Shown: positions 37,388 to 47,995, counted from the first letter of the stretch. The stretch: 64,000 nucleotides of DNA from Patescibacteria group bacterium (GCA_041645165.1 JBAZQN010000002.1:53388-117387); one strand, 5' to 3'. Notes: a model not told the origin generated them from the sequence alone. Program-made: numbers and translations.

Positions 37388-38890
37388 TTATAAGTGTCCC
37401 GCGGGGCGGGTCTTGATCGCATGTTGATGCAAGACAAGCGCCTTGCGGTATACTTTTACATATTTTTTTGCAGGCAATACCCACGAATACACCTGCTGCA
37501 TGCCGTTGCTCACAAGATTATGCCAAGATGCGGGGTAGCGGTAATTTACATGCGCCCGCGTGACTGCCACGAGCAGGTCGCGTGAGTCATAGGTGCGGAA
37601 GGTGAAGCCGTTTCCTTTGCCGGTGCGCGGATTGAAATCAACAACCGTGTCACGCAATCCGCCCACCGAGTGTACGATGGGTATCGATCCATAGCGGAGC
37701 GAGATAAGCTGTCCCAAACCGCAGGGTTCGAAGCGCGAGGGCATAAGAAACATATCTGATCCCGCGTAAACCTTTGTGGTGTTGATGGTATCAAATTCAA
37801 GATGTACTGCGACTTTAGTGGCATGTCGTTTGCGGATGCGATCGAAGAATTTTTCATACGCTTTATCGCCTGCGCCAAGAATTACCAGCTGCAGGTCAAG
37901 GCGCAAGAGCGGCTCCATAATTTCGATAAGCAGTTCGAGCCCTTTTTGTTCGGAGAGCCGCGAAATGAGGGTATAGAGCGGGGTGCGGGGAGCCACAGGG
38001 AGAGAGAGCCAGCGCTGAAGTTCGCGTTTATTCACCCCTTTCATCTGCAGCGAGTCCGTATCATAGTTTTGCCATAAACCAGGATCTGTTTTTGGATTAT
38101 AGTCTTGATAATCAATGCCATTAATGATTCCGACCAGGCGCTGTTTGCGGCTTGCGAGGGTGCGGTGCAGGTCCTCTCCGTATTCTTTGGTCAGAATTTC
38201 TTCCGCATACCATTCAGATACGGTCGTGATGATGTCCGCATAGCGCAGCGCGCGTTTGGTGAAGTTGACGTATTGAAATGTGGGATCAGTGGGGTCAGGG
38301 AGTGGCGTATTTCCTGGGTCTTTAAGCTCCAGCGGAATTTCCCACCAGTTATGTGCGCATTGGAATGCGAGATTATGGATCGTGAAGACGCTCGCGGTAG
38401 TTGAAAAGAATTCATCGTGCGCATAATCGGTCTGGAGCAGATAAGGGATTAATCCGGTATGCCAATCGTGGCAGTGGATGATGTCAGGGCGCACATTGAT
38501 AATTTTCAGCGCCGCAAGCACGCAACGGTTAAAAAGCGCAAAATGTGCATTGCCATGATGCGGGTTGTAGACCGCATGTTCAAGGATCGCGTCTTCAAGC
38601 CCTTCCGCGGCAATTGCATAGACGGGGATGCCGCCCTCAAGGGCGCTTACCCAGAGGTCAAACGTGAGTTCACGGGAGCCATACCGCACGTTGCATTTGG
38701 TCTTCACAGGAGTGAAGCGGTGCGTGGTGCGGTCAATAATGCGGTAAAGGGGGATAAAGATGGTTACCTTATGGCCGAGGGAGGCGAGCGCTTTGGGAAG
38801 CGCGCGCGCCACGTCCGCAAGCCCTCCTGTTTTTATGAAGGGATCTACTTCTGATGCTACGCTGCATATCGCGAGTTTTTGTAATGGCAT
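37388..38890 (-). CDS. glgA: Glycogen synthase 2
   Basis: KTGGLADV, HCHDWHT, TIHNLAFQ, PSRFEPCGLGQ. Confidence 0.96.
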   Translation of the reverse strand: MPLQKLAICSVASEVDPFIKTGGLADVARALPKALASLGHKVTIFIPLYRIIDRTTHRFTPVKTKCNVRYGSRELTFDLWVSALEGGIPVYAIAAEGLEDAILEHAVYNPHHGNAHFALFNRCVLAALKIINVRPDIIHCHDWHTGLIPYLLQTDYAHDEFFSTTASVFTIHNLAFQCAHNWWEIPLELKDPGNTPLPDPTDPTFQYVNFTKRALRYADIITTVSEWYAEEILTKEYGEDLHRTLASRKQRLVGIINGIDYQDYNPKTDPGLWQNYDTDSLQMKGVNKRELQRWLSLPVAPRTPLYTLISRLSEQKGLELLIEIMEPLLRLDLQLVILGAGDKAYEKFFDRIRKRHATKVAVHLEFDTINTTKVYAGSDMFLMPSRFEPCGLGQLISLRYGSIPIVHSVGGLRDTVVDFNPRTGKGNGFTFRTYDSRDLLVAVTRAHVNYRYPASWHNLVSNGMQQVYSWVLPAKKYVKVYRKALVLHQHAIKTRPAGHL

Positions 38891-38901
38891 GGAAATGCGT
38901 G

Positions 38902-39375
38902 TTATTTCGGGCGATTGCACATTCCGCACCATGCGATTGCGACTGCGTCGGCAGCGTCATCAGGCCTGGGAGGCTCGTCGAGGTGGAATATGAGGGTAAG
39001 CATTTTTTGCACTTGGCGTTTATCCGCGCTGCCGCTTCCTGTAACTGCCCGTTTTATTTCAAGGGGAGTGAATTCAAAGATGGGGATATTCAATTCCGCA
39101 AGCGTGGTAATGAGCGCGCCGCGCGCTTCGCCCACTACCATGGCGGTTTTCGCGTTTGTCTGAAAGTACAGTTTTTCAATGGCCGCGCGATGGGGGCGTT
39201 GGGCAGTGATGAGTTTTTGAAGCCCCTTGCGCAAGATAAGCAGCCGCGTTGCCGTAGGCTGGTGAGGCTTGGTGGTAATGCACCCCCAGCGGATATTTTC
39301 CACCACTCCTCTTTGAGAGGAAATGAACGCGTAGCCGGTCGTGGCGAGGCCGGGATCGATACCTAATATAATCAT
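38902..39375 (-). CDS. ruvC: Holliday junction resolvase
   Basis: ILGIDPG, IEKLYF, EARG, DDAADAVAIA. Confidence 0.97.
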   Translation of the reverse strand: MIILGIDPGLATTGYAFISSQRGVVENIRWGCITTKPHQPTATRLLILRKGLQKLITAQRPHRAAIEKLYFQTNAKTAMVVGEARGALITTLAELNIPIFEFTPLEIKRAVTGSGSADKRQVQKMLTLIFHLDEPPRPDDAADAVAIAWCGMCNRPK

Positions 39376-39519
39376 AATTCAAAATGCAAAATTCAAAATA
39401 TCCCGCTTTTCGGGATCCCGCAGATTTTAAAACTACGGCAATTTAAGGTGCGGGACATAATTATGGAATCCCGCGAAGCGGGATGATATTCCTTCATTTT
39501 GACTTTTGACTTTTGCATT
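39376..39519. repeat. Heptamer-flanked hairpin element (copy 3)
   Basis: Homologous to 6784-6932. Confidence 0.75.
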
Positions 39520-39521
39520 AT

Positions 39522-40247
39522 TTACGCGGCGTTGGTCACCACCTCATCCACTTCATCTATTGCCTCGAGGTCTGCGATTAAATTATCCAGTTTGCGTCCG
39601 GTATCCTGATCGGCCACGGGGACAGTCACCGTAGGCTCGAGTCCGATCCCCATTTCAGTAATGGCAATATGGCGCCTCTCCAGCGCGTCCTTCACACGCT
39701 CCAGTGAATGCGGGTCTGTAGTGAGGATGAGCGATTCCGCATGCTCTTCCACATCGAGGCTTCCTGCATCAATCGCCGCAAGTTCCAATTCCTCTTGCGC
39801 TTCTTTGGTGGGCGGCAGCGGTACCAGTACATGTCCCCGCAGCGCAAATTGCCATGCGACTGCATTAGGGCCCGCGAGCGAGGCAGCGTGTTTATGGAGC
39901 ACTGCTTTCAGAGCGCCCACGACACGGTTCCGATTATCGGTGGTGGCGGTGATCACCAGTCCCACGCCTCCCGGCCCAATCACTTCAAGCTGCATTTGTT
40001 CGAGGGCGGCATCGCCTTCGTTTTTCTGCGCCCGCGCAATGGCGCGTTCAATATTCTCTTTCGGCATGTTCGCCGCGCGCGCTTTTTCAATCGCTATGCG
40101 AAGTTTGAAATTTATTTCTGGATTAGGCCCTCCCTGCCGCGCGGCCATGGTGACCGTGTTTGCAAGTTTGGTAAATTGCGTGCCCCGTTTTTGGTCAGTA
40201 ACACCTTTTTGCCTCTTTATAGTAGACCATTTTGAGTGTCGTGACAT
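39522..40247 (-). CDS. yebC: YebC/PmpR family protein
   Basis: MSRHSKWSTIKRQK, NMPKENIERAI, GPGG, TDNRNR. Confidence 0.97.
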   Translation of the reverse strand: MSRHSKWSTIKRQKGVTDQKRGTQFTKLANTVTMAARQGGPNPEINFKLRIAIEKARAANMPKENIERAIARAQKNEGDAALEQMQLEVIGPGGVGLVITATTDNRNRVVGALKAVLHKHAASLAGPNAVAWQFALRGHVLVPLPPTKEAQEELELAAIDAGSLDVEEHAESLILTTDPHSLERVKDALERRHIAITEMGIGLEPTVTVPVADQDTGRKLDNLIADLEAIDEVDEVVTNAA

Positions 40248-40457
40248 GGCATTATCATATCAAAAATTAGCGAAATTTCAAGGTATACATGATTATAGGA
40301 GTTTGCTACAATGAATGTAGCTGTGTACAGATTACGAGAAGAAAAAATTTTTATTTATGCGGGGTATTAAAAGAGGTTAAAAAATAGAATTGTATGAAAT
40401 ACCTTTTTTTCAAAGGTTGGTGGAAAAATACTTTATAAATTTTTATTATTTTTTGGT

Positions 40458-40901
40458 TTGGCTTTTTTAATTTTGATAATAATAGGATTCGTTGTATTAC
40501 AGACAAAAAATAAGGTGACATTGGATCAAGAATTTATATTAAAACCCGGAGAAAAAGTTATGATAGTGGATAATATAAAAAGGACTTATGAAGTTAACTT
40601 TATTGAAATCCAACTCCTGGGTATCGAAGAAAAATCTACAGATGAAAAAAGTAAAGAAATCTGTCGACAGCTTAATACTTGCACCTCGGGGTTTGACTAC
40701 AAAGCTCATCTGAAAATTTTTGGTCATAATAATAAAGTTGTAGAAGTTACACTAGATATGTTGGCAAATATTGATGCGCCAGTACTAACCACTGGTAGTG
40801 GATCGATGGAACGAGTGGCCAGCCCTATACTTCTAGAATTCTTAGAGCTTAAACAAGATTATGCCAAAATAATAATAAAAGATCCTTATCAATTTAAATA
40901 A
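40458..40901 (+). CDS. Hypothetical exported protein (AT-rich)
   Basis: N-terminal TM; LDQEFILKPGEKV; CX5C; start uncertain. Confidence 0.6.
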   Translation: MAFLILIIIGFVVLQTKNKVTLDQEFILKPGEKVMIVDNIKRTYEVNFIEIQLLGIEEKSTDEKSKEICRQLNTCTSGFDYKAHLKIFGHNNKVVEVTLDMLANIDAPVLTTGSGSMERVASPILLEFLELKQDYAKIIIKDPYQFK

Positions 40902-40904
40902 AAT

Positions 40905-42023
40905 ATGAACCCATTCGAAGTTTTTCAAAAATTAATAATCGGAGTTTTTTGGATACAACTCATTTTATTTTTTGTATTGGCAGGATTAGATATTTTGTTT
41001 TTTAGATTTATCTCCAAGAAGAAATCCTTTCCACGACAAGGTTGGCGTGAAGCCATTTTGACAGCAACCGCGATATTTATTGTTGTCTTTTTTTCAAATT
41101 CAAACTTGAAGATATCCATCAAATCATTAACTTTGAGTGAACCAGTTAGAGATGTTATATTTATTGTTTTGATTATTTTAATATTTTTAGCCCTAAAAAA
41201 TATTTATCAAATTACAAACAAAGAAACAGTTAAGACATTATTGTGGTATACTTTGTACAAAATTATTTCTTTTTTCGCGGTGAGTATTTTGGTAGTTGTT
41301 ATTGCAATGGGTTTCTTGGCAAGTTATTTGCAGGATAATATAAAACAATCAAACAATCAAAAAGTTATAGAAGAAAATATTAAAATAGATTCAGATGGTG
41401 ACGGTTTAGATGATAAATCTGAAAAATTATATGGCACGGATTTAAATAATACTGATACTGACGGAGATGGTTATCAGGATGGTGCTGAAATTAATAATGG
41501 ATATAATCCGTTGACACCTGGCAACGCCAAGTTAAAAAATGAAATTAATACCGCAAACTGGCGAACGTATATAAACAATAAATTAGGTTTTGGGATACAA
41601 TACCCGGAAGATTGGATAATGCAGGATAATACAGAAAAAGAAATCAATAGCGGTATATTTTTTTACCCATCTGACACGATAAAACAAATGGAAGCGGACA
41701 AAAGAGAGGTTGTTAATTTTGATGATTTTGTAAAATATACTTCTATATCAGTAATAAAATATCACAGAATATCAGGGACACTAAGAGAAGAGATAGATGG
41801 TTTTACGAAAGCATCTCCTGGATATTCTATTGAGAATATCACTGTCAATGAATTCAATGGATTTAAATTATCAAGGCAAATGCCAGATAATCAAGAAGTG
41901 GCTCAAATCAATATTTTTTTAGAAACTAATAACGACACGATAGCGATTGAAATACACGGTTCAGATGTAAATAAATATTTAGATACTTTTAATAAATTTA
42001 TACCTACCCTTTATCTACTTTAG
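40905..42023 (+). CDS. Membrane protein with Ca-binding DxDxDG repeats and PsbP-like C-terminal domain
   Basis: Four TMs; DSDGDGLDD ... DTDGDGYQDGAEINNGYNP; WRTY ... GFGIQYPEDW. Confidence 0.75.
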   Translation: MNPFEVFQKLIIGVFWIQLILFFVLAGLDILFFRFISKKKSFPRQGWREAILTATAIFIVVFFSNSNLKISIKSLTLSEPVRDVIFIVLIILIFLALKNIYQITNKETVKTLLWYTLYKIISFFAVSILVVVIAMGFLASYLQDNIKQSNNQKVIEENIKIDSDGDGLDDKSEKLYGTDLNNTDTDGDGYQDGAEINNGYNPLTPGNAKLKNEINTANWRTYINNKLGFGIQYPEDWIMQDNTEKEINSGIFFYPSDTIKQMEADKREVVNFDDFVKYTSISVIKYHRISGTLREEIDGFTKASPGYSIENITVNEFNGFKLSRQMPDNQEVAQINIFLETNNDTIAIEIHGSDVNKYLDTFNKFIPTLYLL

Positions 42024-42112
42024 TTGTAACAAAAAAAGTAAAAAATATTTTGAGTTTCCATAGCATTCCAGGTTCGTTTTTTGGATTTAGAATTTAGAAT
42101 TTTTTATTACCT

Positions 42113-43168
42113 ATGTCTTTCCTTGATGACCTCAATTCGCTCCACACCGTTGATCGCGGTAATATGGTGGAAGAGCTGCGCCTTCTGCCTGCGCGCGTGC
42201 GTGAAGCGGTAGAGGCGCCTTTTCCCTCTGTGGGCGTAGATGGCCGCGCACTCACCGCGATAGCTGTGATAGGGTTAGGCGGTTCTGCGATCGGGGGGGA
42301 CCTTGCCGCGGCAATGGTGGCAGATCTTTGCCCTTTGCCCGTTACCGTCCTGCGCAGCAGCGTGCTTCCTGATTGGGTGAAGCCCTCCACTCTCGTGATT
42401 GCGGTAAGCTATTCAGGCAATACCGCAGAGACCGTGAAAGCGTATCTGCAGGCCAAGGCGCGCGGCTGTATCCTCATCGCCATTGCATCTGGCGGGAGAC
42501 TTGCGGTGCTTGCCGCTGCAGACGGCACCCTGCTCTTGTCGCCGGGATCCTATCCGCAGCCGAGGCTAGCCGTGGGGGCGATAACCGTGCTTATCCTTAA
42601 AACCATTTCAGAAGTCACCGGGATCGCGTGCGATGCCATGTGCAATGCGATGTCGGATGCGTTTTTGAAGATTACCTCCTCGGTGGCGCAAGAGGTGCCG
42701 ACAGAATACAATCCGGCGAAACTGCTCGCCTACCAGCTTCTTGACCGCTTATCCTTAGTGGTGGCAGGAGGGCTTTTGGCGCCTGCCGCGCGCCGATGGA
42801 AAACCCAGATGAATGAAAATGCAAAATCCCTGTGCGTCATGGAAGAAGTGCCCGAGCTTTTTCATAACACGCTCGAAGGGCTCAAACTTCCTGCAGTCGC
42901 GAGCGACCTGAGCACGTGGGTGTTTCTCGAGGCGCCTTCTGATCAGACCGTTTCCCTGCCGCAGCTTGACCATTTTGCCGCATTGCTCAAGGAATCGGGA
43001 TTACGGGTTGAACGCGTGCGCGCGCCTAGCAGTGAGCCGCACGAGGCGCTCTGGTGGATCATCGGGATGGGCGACTGGGTGAGCTATTACCTTGCATGCC
43101 TCAACAACGTGGATCCTATGCCGGTATCTGTGATACAGGGTTTTAAAAAAAGCGTTCCCGTCACATAG
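42113..43168 (+). CDS. Bifunctional phosphoglucose/phosphomannose isomerase (SIS)
   Basis: GLGGSAIGG, SYSGNTAET, QPR, RWKTQMNENAK, PELFHN, VDPMPV. Confidence 0.93.
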   Translation: MSFLDDLNSLHTVDRGNMVEELRLLPARVREAVEAPFPSVGVDGRALTAIAVIGLGGSAIGGDLAAAMVADLCPLPVTVLRSSVLPDWVKPSTLVIAVSYSGNTAETVKAYLQAKARGCILIAIASGGRLAVLAAADGTLLLSPGSYPQPRLAVGAITVLILKTISEVTGIACDAMCNAMSDAFLKITSSVAQEVPTEYNPAKLLAYQLLDRLSLVVAGGLLAPAARRWKTQMNENAKSLCVMEEVPELFHNTLEGLKLPAVASDLSTWVFLEAPSDQTVSLPQLDHFAALLKESGLRVERVRAPSSEPHEALWWIIGMGDWVSYYLACLNNVDPMPVSVIQGFKKSVPVT

Positions 43169-43267
43169 GCGCCCTGCAAAATAACTTCCCACTTTGATTA
43201 ACTATTTTGTCTGGAATAATGACATTATACATCAGAATGATACTACAAGTTATTTTTTCTGGCGCCC
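43168..43267. mobile_element. MITE family A copy 3 (TSD ATA)
   Basis: ATA-GGCGCCCTGCAAAATAACTT ... AAGTTATTTTTTCTGGCGCCC-ATA; first base completes the PGI/PMI stop codon. Confidence 0.7.
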
Positions 43268-43301
43268 ATAGCGCATCATTTGCAGACATCAGAACTTTAT
43301 T

Positions 43302-45011
43302 ATGTATCGCATAGGAATCGGAGTGTTCGATAGGAGGCGGGCGTGGGCGGTATTTGCAGGTATTCTTTTTTTTATTCTCGCCGTGTTTTTCCACCATTTT
43401 CCCGATATACGCCCCGCAGATGATTTTAGACGAAGTGTCGACATCTATGCCGATGGGCTTTTCGTTGCGTGGGCGCTTGACTGGGATACAGATTTTTTGC
43501 GCCACCCGCACACGTCTTTGTTTAATGCTCCCATTTTTGCTCCTTACGCCAATACGCTCGCTTATTCGGAGCATTTTTTAGGTGCGGCCATCATGATGTT
43601 CCCTCTCACTGTCATCACTGATGACCCTACCGGCAGCGTTGCCATCCTTGTTGTTCTTTCCACTTGGCTGACGGGGTTGGCTACTTATATGCTCGCGCGC
43701 AATCTTGGCGCTGGCACGGCAGGAGCTTATCTCGCGGGCGTTATCGCGGGGTTTGCTCCTACGCGTTTGAATCACGCTCCCGGACATCTTCATATGCTTA
43801 TGCTGTGGTGGATTCCTCTTTGTTTACTGGCGCTCAATAAATATCGGATGACGCGCTCTCCTGCATGGCTGTTTTTTTTGGGATTGTGCGTTGTCGCGCA
43901 AGGGTTATGTTCCATGCATGGATTATTATTATTACTTATCGCTCTGGGTGTAGCGGCGGCGGCATATGGGCGGAATGAACGCAGCGCATGGCTGTGGCGG
44001 TTGAAGGCGGCTGTTGCGGCGGTTATCGCCCTCGCGGTTCTTAGTCCGGTCATAATTCCTTATCTAAATCTTGCGGGAGACCAGCACTTTACCCGGCCGT
44101 TAAGGGAGCAAATGGTATTTGCTCCGGCACTTGTCGATTTGCTGGTGCCGCCCGTTTTTTTATCTCAAGTTGACAGAGAAAATAATGTGGCGCCCGGGCT
44201 TGCCCCGCTTCTCCTTTTTGCGTTAGGAACATACGCGTTGTGCCGTTGGGACAGCGAGCGCTGCGTCGCGCAACGCATGGTATTCGCATTTTTTCTGTTA
44301 ATGCTCGCGGGAATCGTATTGGCGTTGGGGCCGGAGATGCGCGTGCTAAAAGACGGCGGTCTGTCGTTCGCAGGACCGTATGGGATTCTTAGGTATATTC
44401 CCGGCTTTTCCGGGATTCGCGCGGTGGGGCGTTTTGCCCAGCTTGCGCTCCTCGGCTTAGCGACGTATGTCGGTCTCACTTGGCAAGCGGTCACCGTGCG
44501 TTTGGCGAGATGGCAGAAGACAGCGGTTACGCTTATTGCGTTTGTATTTCTCCTTGGAGAATTTTTTATCACTGCGCCGAGGGCGTATGCGGTGCCTGAC
44601 GGGTTTGACCGCTCCCGGCCCGTTGATATATGGCTCGCGCAAAGGGCGGAAGGATGTACAATCGCCGAACTTCCTTTTGACGACATCCGGACACAAGAAA
44701 ATAAGTCGGTGTTATATATGTACTTGGCTCGCCATCACGGCAAGCGCATGGTCAATGGATATTCCGGCTATGCCCCCGCAGGATATTCGATCCTCGAACG
44801 ATACGCAAATGGATCGGATGAAGCTGAGGCAATCCCCCTACTGCAACAATTGGGTGCGGATTATGTTATTGTACACCCTTCTTTTTATTCAGGGTTAAGG
44901 GGCGAGGAGATTGTTTCCCGCTTCAATACAGATCCCGGGTTGAAGGCGGAGATTGGTTTTCCCGATTCATTTGTGTGGCGCGTGTTGCCCGAAGATCCCA
45001 ATTGTGATTAA
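43302..45011 (+). CDS. GT-C-like multi-pass membrane glycosyltransferase (YfhO-like)
   Basis: FNAPIFAPYANTLAYSE, IRAVGRF, VNGYSGY; many TMs. Confidence 0.7.
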   Translation: MYRIGIGVFDRRRAWAVFAGILFFILAVFFHHFPDIRPADDFRRSVDIYADGLFVAWALDWDTDFLRHPHTSLFNAPIFAPYANTLAYSEHFLGAAIMMFPLTVITDDPTGSVAILVVLSTWLTGLATYMLARNLGAGTAGAYLAGVIAGFAPTRLNHAPGHLHMLMLWWIPLCLLALNKYRMTRSPAWLFFLGLCVVAQGLCSMHGLLLLLIALGVAAAAYGRNERSAWLWRLKAAVAAVIALAVLSPVIIPYLNLAGDQHFTRPLREQMVFAPALVDLLVPPVFLSQVDRENNVAPGLAPLLLFALGTYALCRWDSERCVAQRMVFAFFLLMLAGIVLALGPEMRVLKDGGLSFAGPYGILRYIPGFSGIRAVGRFAQLALLGLATYVGLTWQAVTVRLARWQKTAVTLIAFVFLLGEFFITAPRAYAVPDGFDRSRPVDIWLAQRAEGCTIAELPFDDIRTQENKSVLYMYLARHHGKRMVNGYSGYAPAGYSILERYANGSDEAEAIPLLQQLGADYVIVHPSFYSGLRGEEIVSRFNTDPGLKAEIGFPDSFVWRVLPEDPNCD

Positions 45012-45017
45012 CGTTTT

Positions 45018-46661
45018 ATGAGTATATCAAGCATCGCGCGGTATCTGTGGGCACAGTGGAAATATGTGTTTCTTATCAATCTTCTCTTGGTCGTCATAAT
45101 CAGCGCGCCGTATCTCTATGGGTATCTGCAGACGCCGCCGGGAGAAACGTATACGGGTCTCCATGCGCTCACTCCCGGTGATTTCAATGTGTATTATACG
45201 CAGATGCTGCAGGCGGGGCGGGGAGATATGGCGGAAAGAAATCTCTTTGCGGGGATTGACGGGGTAGGGAGTATCAGCATGGTGAATGCATTTTGGTATT
45301 GTTTAGGCGTGATCGCCCATGCCGCCGGTATGTCCACACCGTTGGCATTCCATCTTGCGCGGCTTGCGCTCATTCCGTTGTTGGTGTTCGTGCTTTATCA
45401 GTTATTGAAAATACTCGTGCCCTTTCGCGCGTTTTACGCAGCAGGCGCACTTACCTTTTTGGGTTCCGGCATCGGCTATCTCGCGCTTCCTTTTTTGAAA
45501 TCGCCTCCCCTCGTGGGGAGGTATGACTGGCCCCTTGATCTCTGGGTGCCGGAATCAAACACGTTTTTAACCCTTTACCATTCGCCTCATCTTTTGGCAT
45601 CGCTTATTTTATTTTTATTCGTGCTGTTATCCTTTTTGCGCGCATCCACTTCTCTCAAGCCTTTCTGGTGGCAGGTGAGCGGAGGATTGGCGGCGGCGGC
45701 GCTGTTTCATTTTCATCCATTCCACGCGGTGACGCTTGGCAGCATACTGCTTGTGTGGACAGTTATTATGGGACGAATATCTTGGCGCCGTTCGTGTGTG
45801 ACGCTTGCGGTTATGAGCGGCATTTCTCTGCCAAGCATTGCATGGCAGCTTATGCGCTTGCGGTCCGATTGGATTACCCAGGAGTGGGCAATGCAGAATG
45901 TGACCGCTACTCCCGCGCTCTGGGCGGTGCTTTTAGGATATGGATTGCTGATTCCCTTCGCGCTTGCAGGGGGAATATGGTATGCGCGCGTGCGGGACAA
46001 AGGAAGCGAGTCGCCCTCTCTTCACCCTCGCGCCGTATGGTTCTTGGGCGCATGGATCGCGGTGCAGTGCGCGCTTATAGGGAGCCCTTTGCCGTTTCAG
46101 CGGCGTTTGTTTGAAGGTTTACATGTGCCACTGGCGATGCTCGCGGGGATAGGGGTTGTCATTATTTTCAATGCAGGACTTTGGAAGAACACCTCCCGTA
46201 TCATTCGTTCTATGACACAGGTGGCATGCGGTATTCTTCTTACCTTTTCTACGGTAGGCACTATAAGCCGCGATGTGTCGCTTTATTCATCGCGTTTTCA
46301 GCTATTCTATCTGTCTGCGGCACAGAAAAATGTGTATCGTATTCTCATGCAGAGCCCTCTTGAGGGAATCGTGCTCGCGCCTGTCGATCAGGCGAGTTTC
46401 ATACCCGCATGGACCGGAAGGGCAGTATACGGGGGATCAGGCGCGCACAGCCCTGATGAGGCTCTGCGCCGAAGGTTGACTGATTGGTTTCTCACAGGGC
46501 AGGGAAGCCAAGAGGAGCGCATGCAATTTATACGGCGCGAAGATATTACTGACGTGGTTGTGATGTCGTCTGATGATAGGGATATTATCACGCTTTCCTC
46601 CGACCCCTTGCTCCGTACGGTTTTTATAGACCGTGGGATAGGATTATTTTCAATGCGTTAA
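45018..46661 (+). CDS. GT-C-like membrane protein
   Basis: DFNVYYTQMLQ loop, WVPESNTF, about 12 TMs; cluster context. Confidence 0.65.
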   Translation: MSISSIARYLWAQWKYVFLINLLLVVIISAPYLYGYLQTPPGETYTGLHALTPGDFNVYYTQMLQAGRGDMAERNLFAGIDGVGSISMVNAFWYCLGVIAHAAGMSTPLAFHLARLALIPLLVFVLYQLLKILVPFRAFYAAGALTFLGSGIGYLALPFLKSPPLVGRYDWPLDLWVPESNTFLTLYHSPHLLASLILFLFVLLSFLRASTSLKPFWWQVSGGLAAAALFHFHPFHAVTLGSILLVWTVIMGRISWRRSCVTLAVMSGISLPSIAWQLMRLRSDWITQEWAMQNVTATPALWAVLLGYGLLIPFALAGGIWYARVRDKGSESPSLHPRAVWFLGAWIAVQCALIGSPLPFQRRLFEGLHVPLAMLAGIGVVIIFNAGLWKNTSRIIRSMTQVACGILLTFSTVGTISRDVSLYSSRFQLFYLSAAQKNVYRILMQSPLEGIVLAPVDQASFIPAWTGRAVYGGSGAHSPDEALRRRLTDWFLTGQGSQEERMQFIRREDITDVVVMSSDDRDIITLSSDPLLRTVFIDRGIGLFSMR

Positions 46662-46668
46662 TACATTT

Positions 46669-47970
46669 ATGAACTTTGATCATAACATGAAAAGGATGTT
46701 TAAAGTGGCGCCAGTATTAGTATTTATTGTGATTGGCATAATCATTGTGGTTTTTACGCCTCGTTCTTTGACGTGGCCCTCTTATCTCACCTTTACTACG
46801 CTTCAGAGCAAATTGAAGTATAATATGATTTTTGATGTGAGAGAATTAGACTATTACCGGGAGGAGGGATCGTGGTTCCGTCAAAATTATATTCCTTACG
46901 TTGATAAGCCTTTTGAATATCCCGCCCTCGCCACGCTCTTCTTTACCTTGCCCGCTCTTATGAATGAGAGTCGGGTCGGTTATCATGTGTGGTTTCATAT
47001 ATTTACCCTGTTCGCGGGAGTGGCGTTGTTGGTAGTGGTAAAGTATTCCATCCCGCATGAGCGGCGTGCGCTCCTTTTCCTCTTAATCGCTCCTTCAGTA
47101 TTATTCTATACATTTAATCGTTTTGATGTGCTCGCCGCGCTGTTTCTTCAGCTCTCTCTATTTCTGCTGTATCGCAAGCGTTGGCGATGGTCATTCGCGC
47201 TTTTTGCGGTATCAGTATTGATAAAATGGTATGCAGGGGTACTGTTTCCCATTTATCTCTTTGCGTTATTTGATACCGCCCATACCCTTGAAGAGCGACG
47301 GCGGGGATTTGCCGCTGTGTGTATAAGTATTGGTATCTTGGCATTAGGGCATATTTGGCCTGTCGCGTTTGGAGGGAATATCCTTACCATGGTGAATCCG
47401 TACGCGATTCATTTTGTCCGTTCGCCCGAAATAGGAAGTTTCATGTCCGTCCTTGCCGCGCCTTTTGGTATATTCTATACACCAGCGTATCAGATAGAAC
47501 CAGGGAGTCTCGATGGAATAACCGCAATCATTGTCGCGCTGTCTTCCTTACTGCAGTGGGCTGGCCTTGTGATTGTCATGATCATGCTTCTTCGCCGTCC
47601 TCGGCAATTGAACAGTTTGCCTGCATTAGCACACACGGCGCTGATTGCGGTAGGATGCTTTATCTTTTTTAACCGCGTATATTCTTTTCAATGGATTCTA
47701 TGGATTATTCCCCTGCTCATACTCACGCTTCCCTCACGCGCGACGATTCTGTGTTTTATCGCATTTGATGTGGTAAGCTATATACAGTCTCCCATATTGT
47801 ACGGCTCTTTTGACTATTTATCACATTTTATTATATTTCTCCTGCTTACTATTTTACGATCTATATTGCTTGGTGTAATTCTTTTGCCCTCATTCCGTTG
47901 GCTGTTAAGGAGTGAGTCATCGCTGTCAACTTCGCCCCCCATCACGGTTAATACGACTGTTTTACCTTAA
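46669..47970 (+). CDS. GT87/DUF2029-like glycosyltransferase
   Basis: PYVDKPFEYP, RFD, IKWY, VYSFQWILW. Confidence 0.8.
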   Translation: MNFDHNMKRMFKVAPVLVFIVIGIIIVVFTPRSLTWPSYLTFTTLQSKLKYNMIFDVRELDYYREEGSWFRQNYIPYVDKPFEYPALATLFFTLPALMNESRVGYHVWFHIFTLFAGVALLVVVKYSIPHERRALLFLLIAPSVLFYTFNRFDVLAALFLQLSLFLLYRKRWRWSFALFAVSVLIKWYAGVLFPIYLFALFDTAHTLEERRRGFAAVCISIGILALGHIWPVAFGGNILTMVNPYAIHFVRSPEIGSFMSVLAAPFGIFYTPAYQIEPGSLDGITAIIVALSSLLQWAGLVIVMIMLLRRPRQLNSLPALAHTALIAVGCFIFFNRVYSFQWILWIIPLLILTLPSRATILCFIAFDVVSYIQSPILYGSFDYLSHFIIFLLLTILRSILLGVILLPSFRWLLRSESSLSTSPPITVNTTVLP

Positions 47971-47995
47971 ATTCAAATTGATTTTTTTTGAGACC

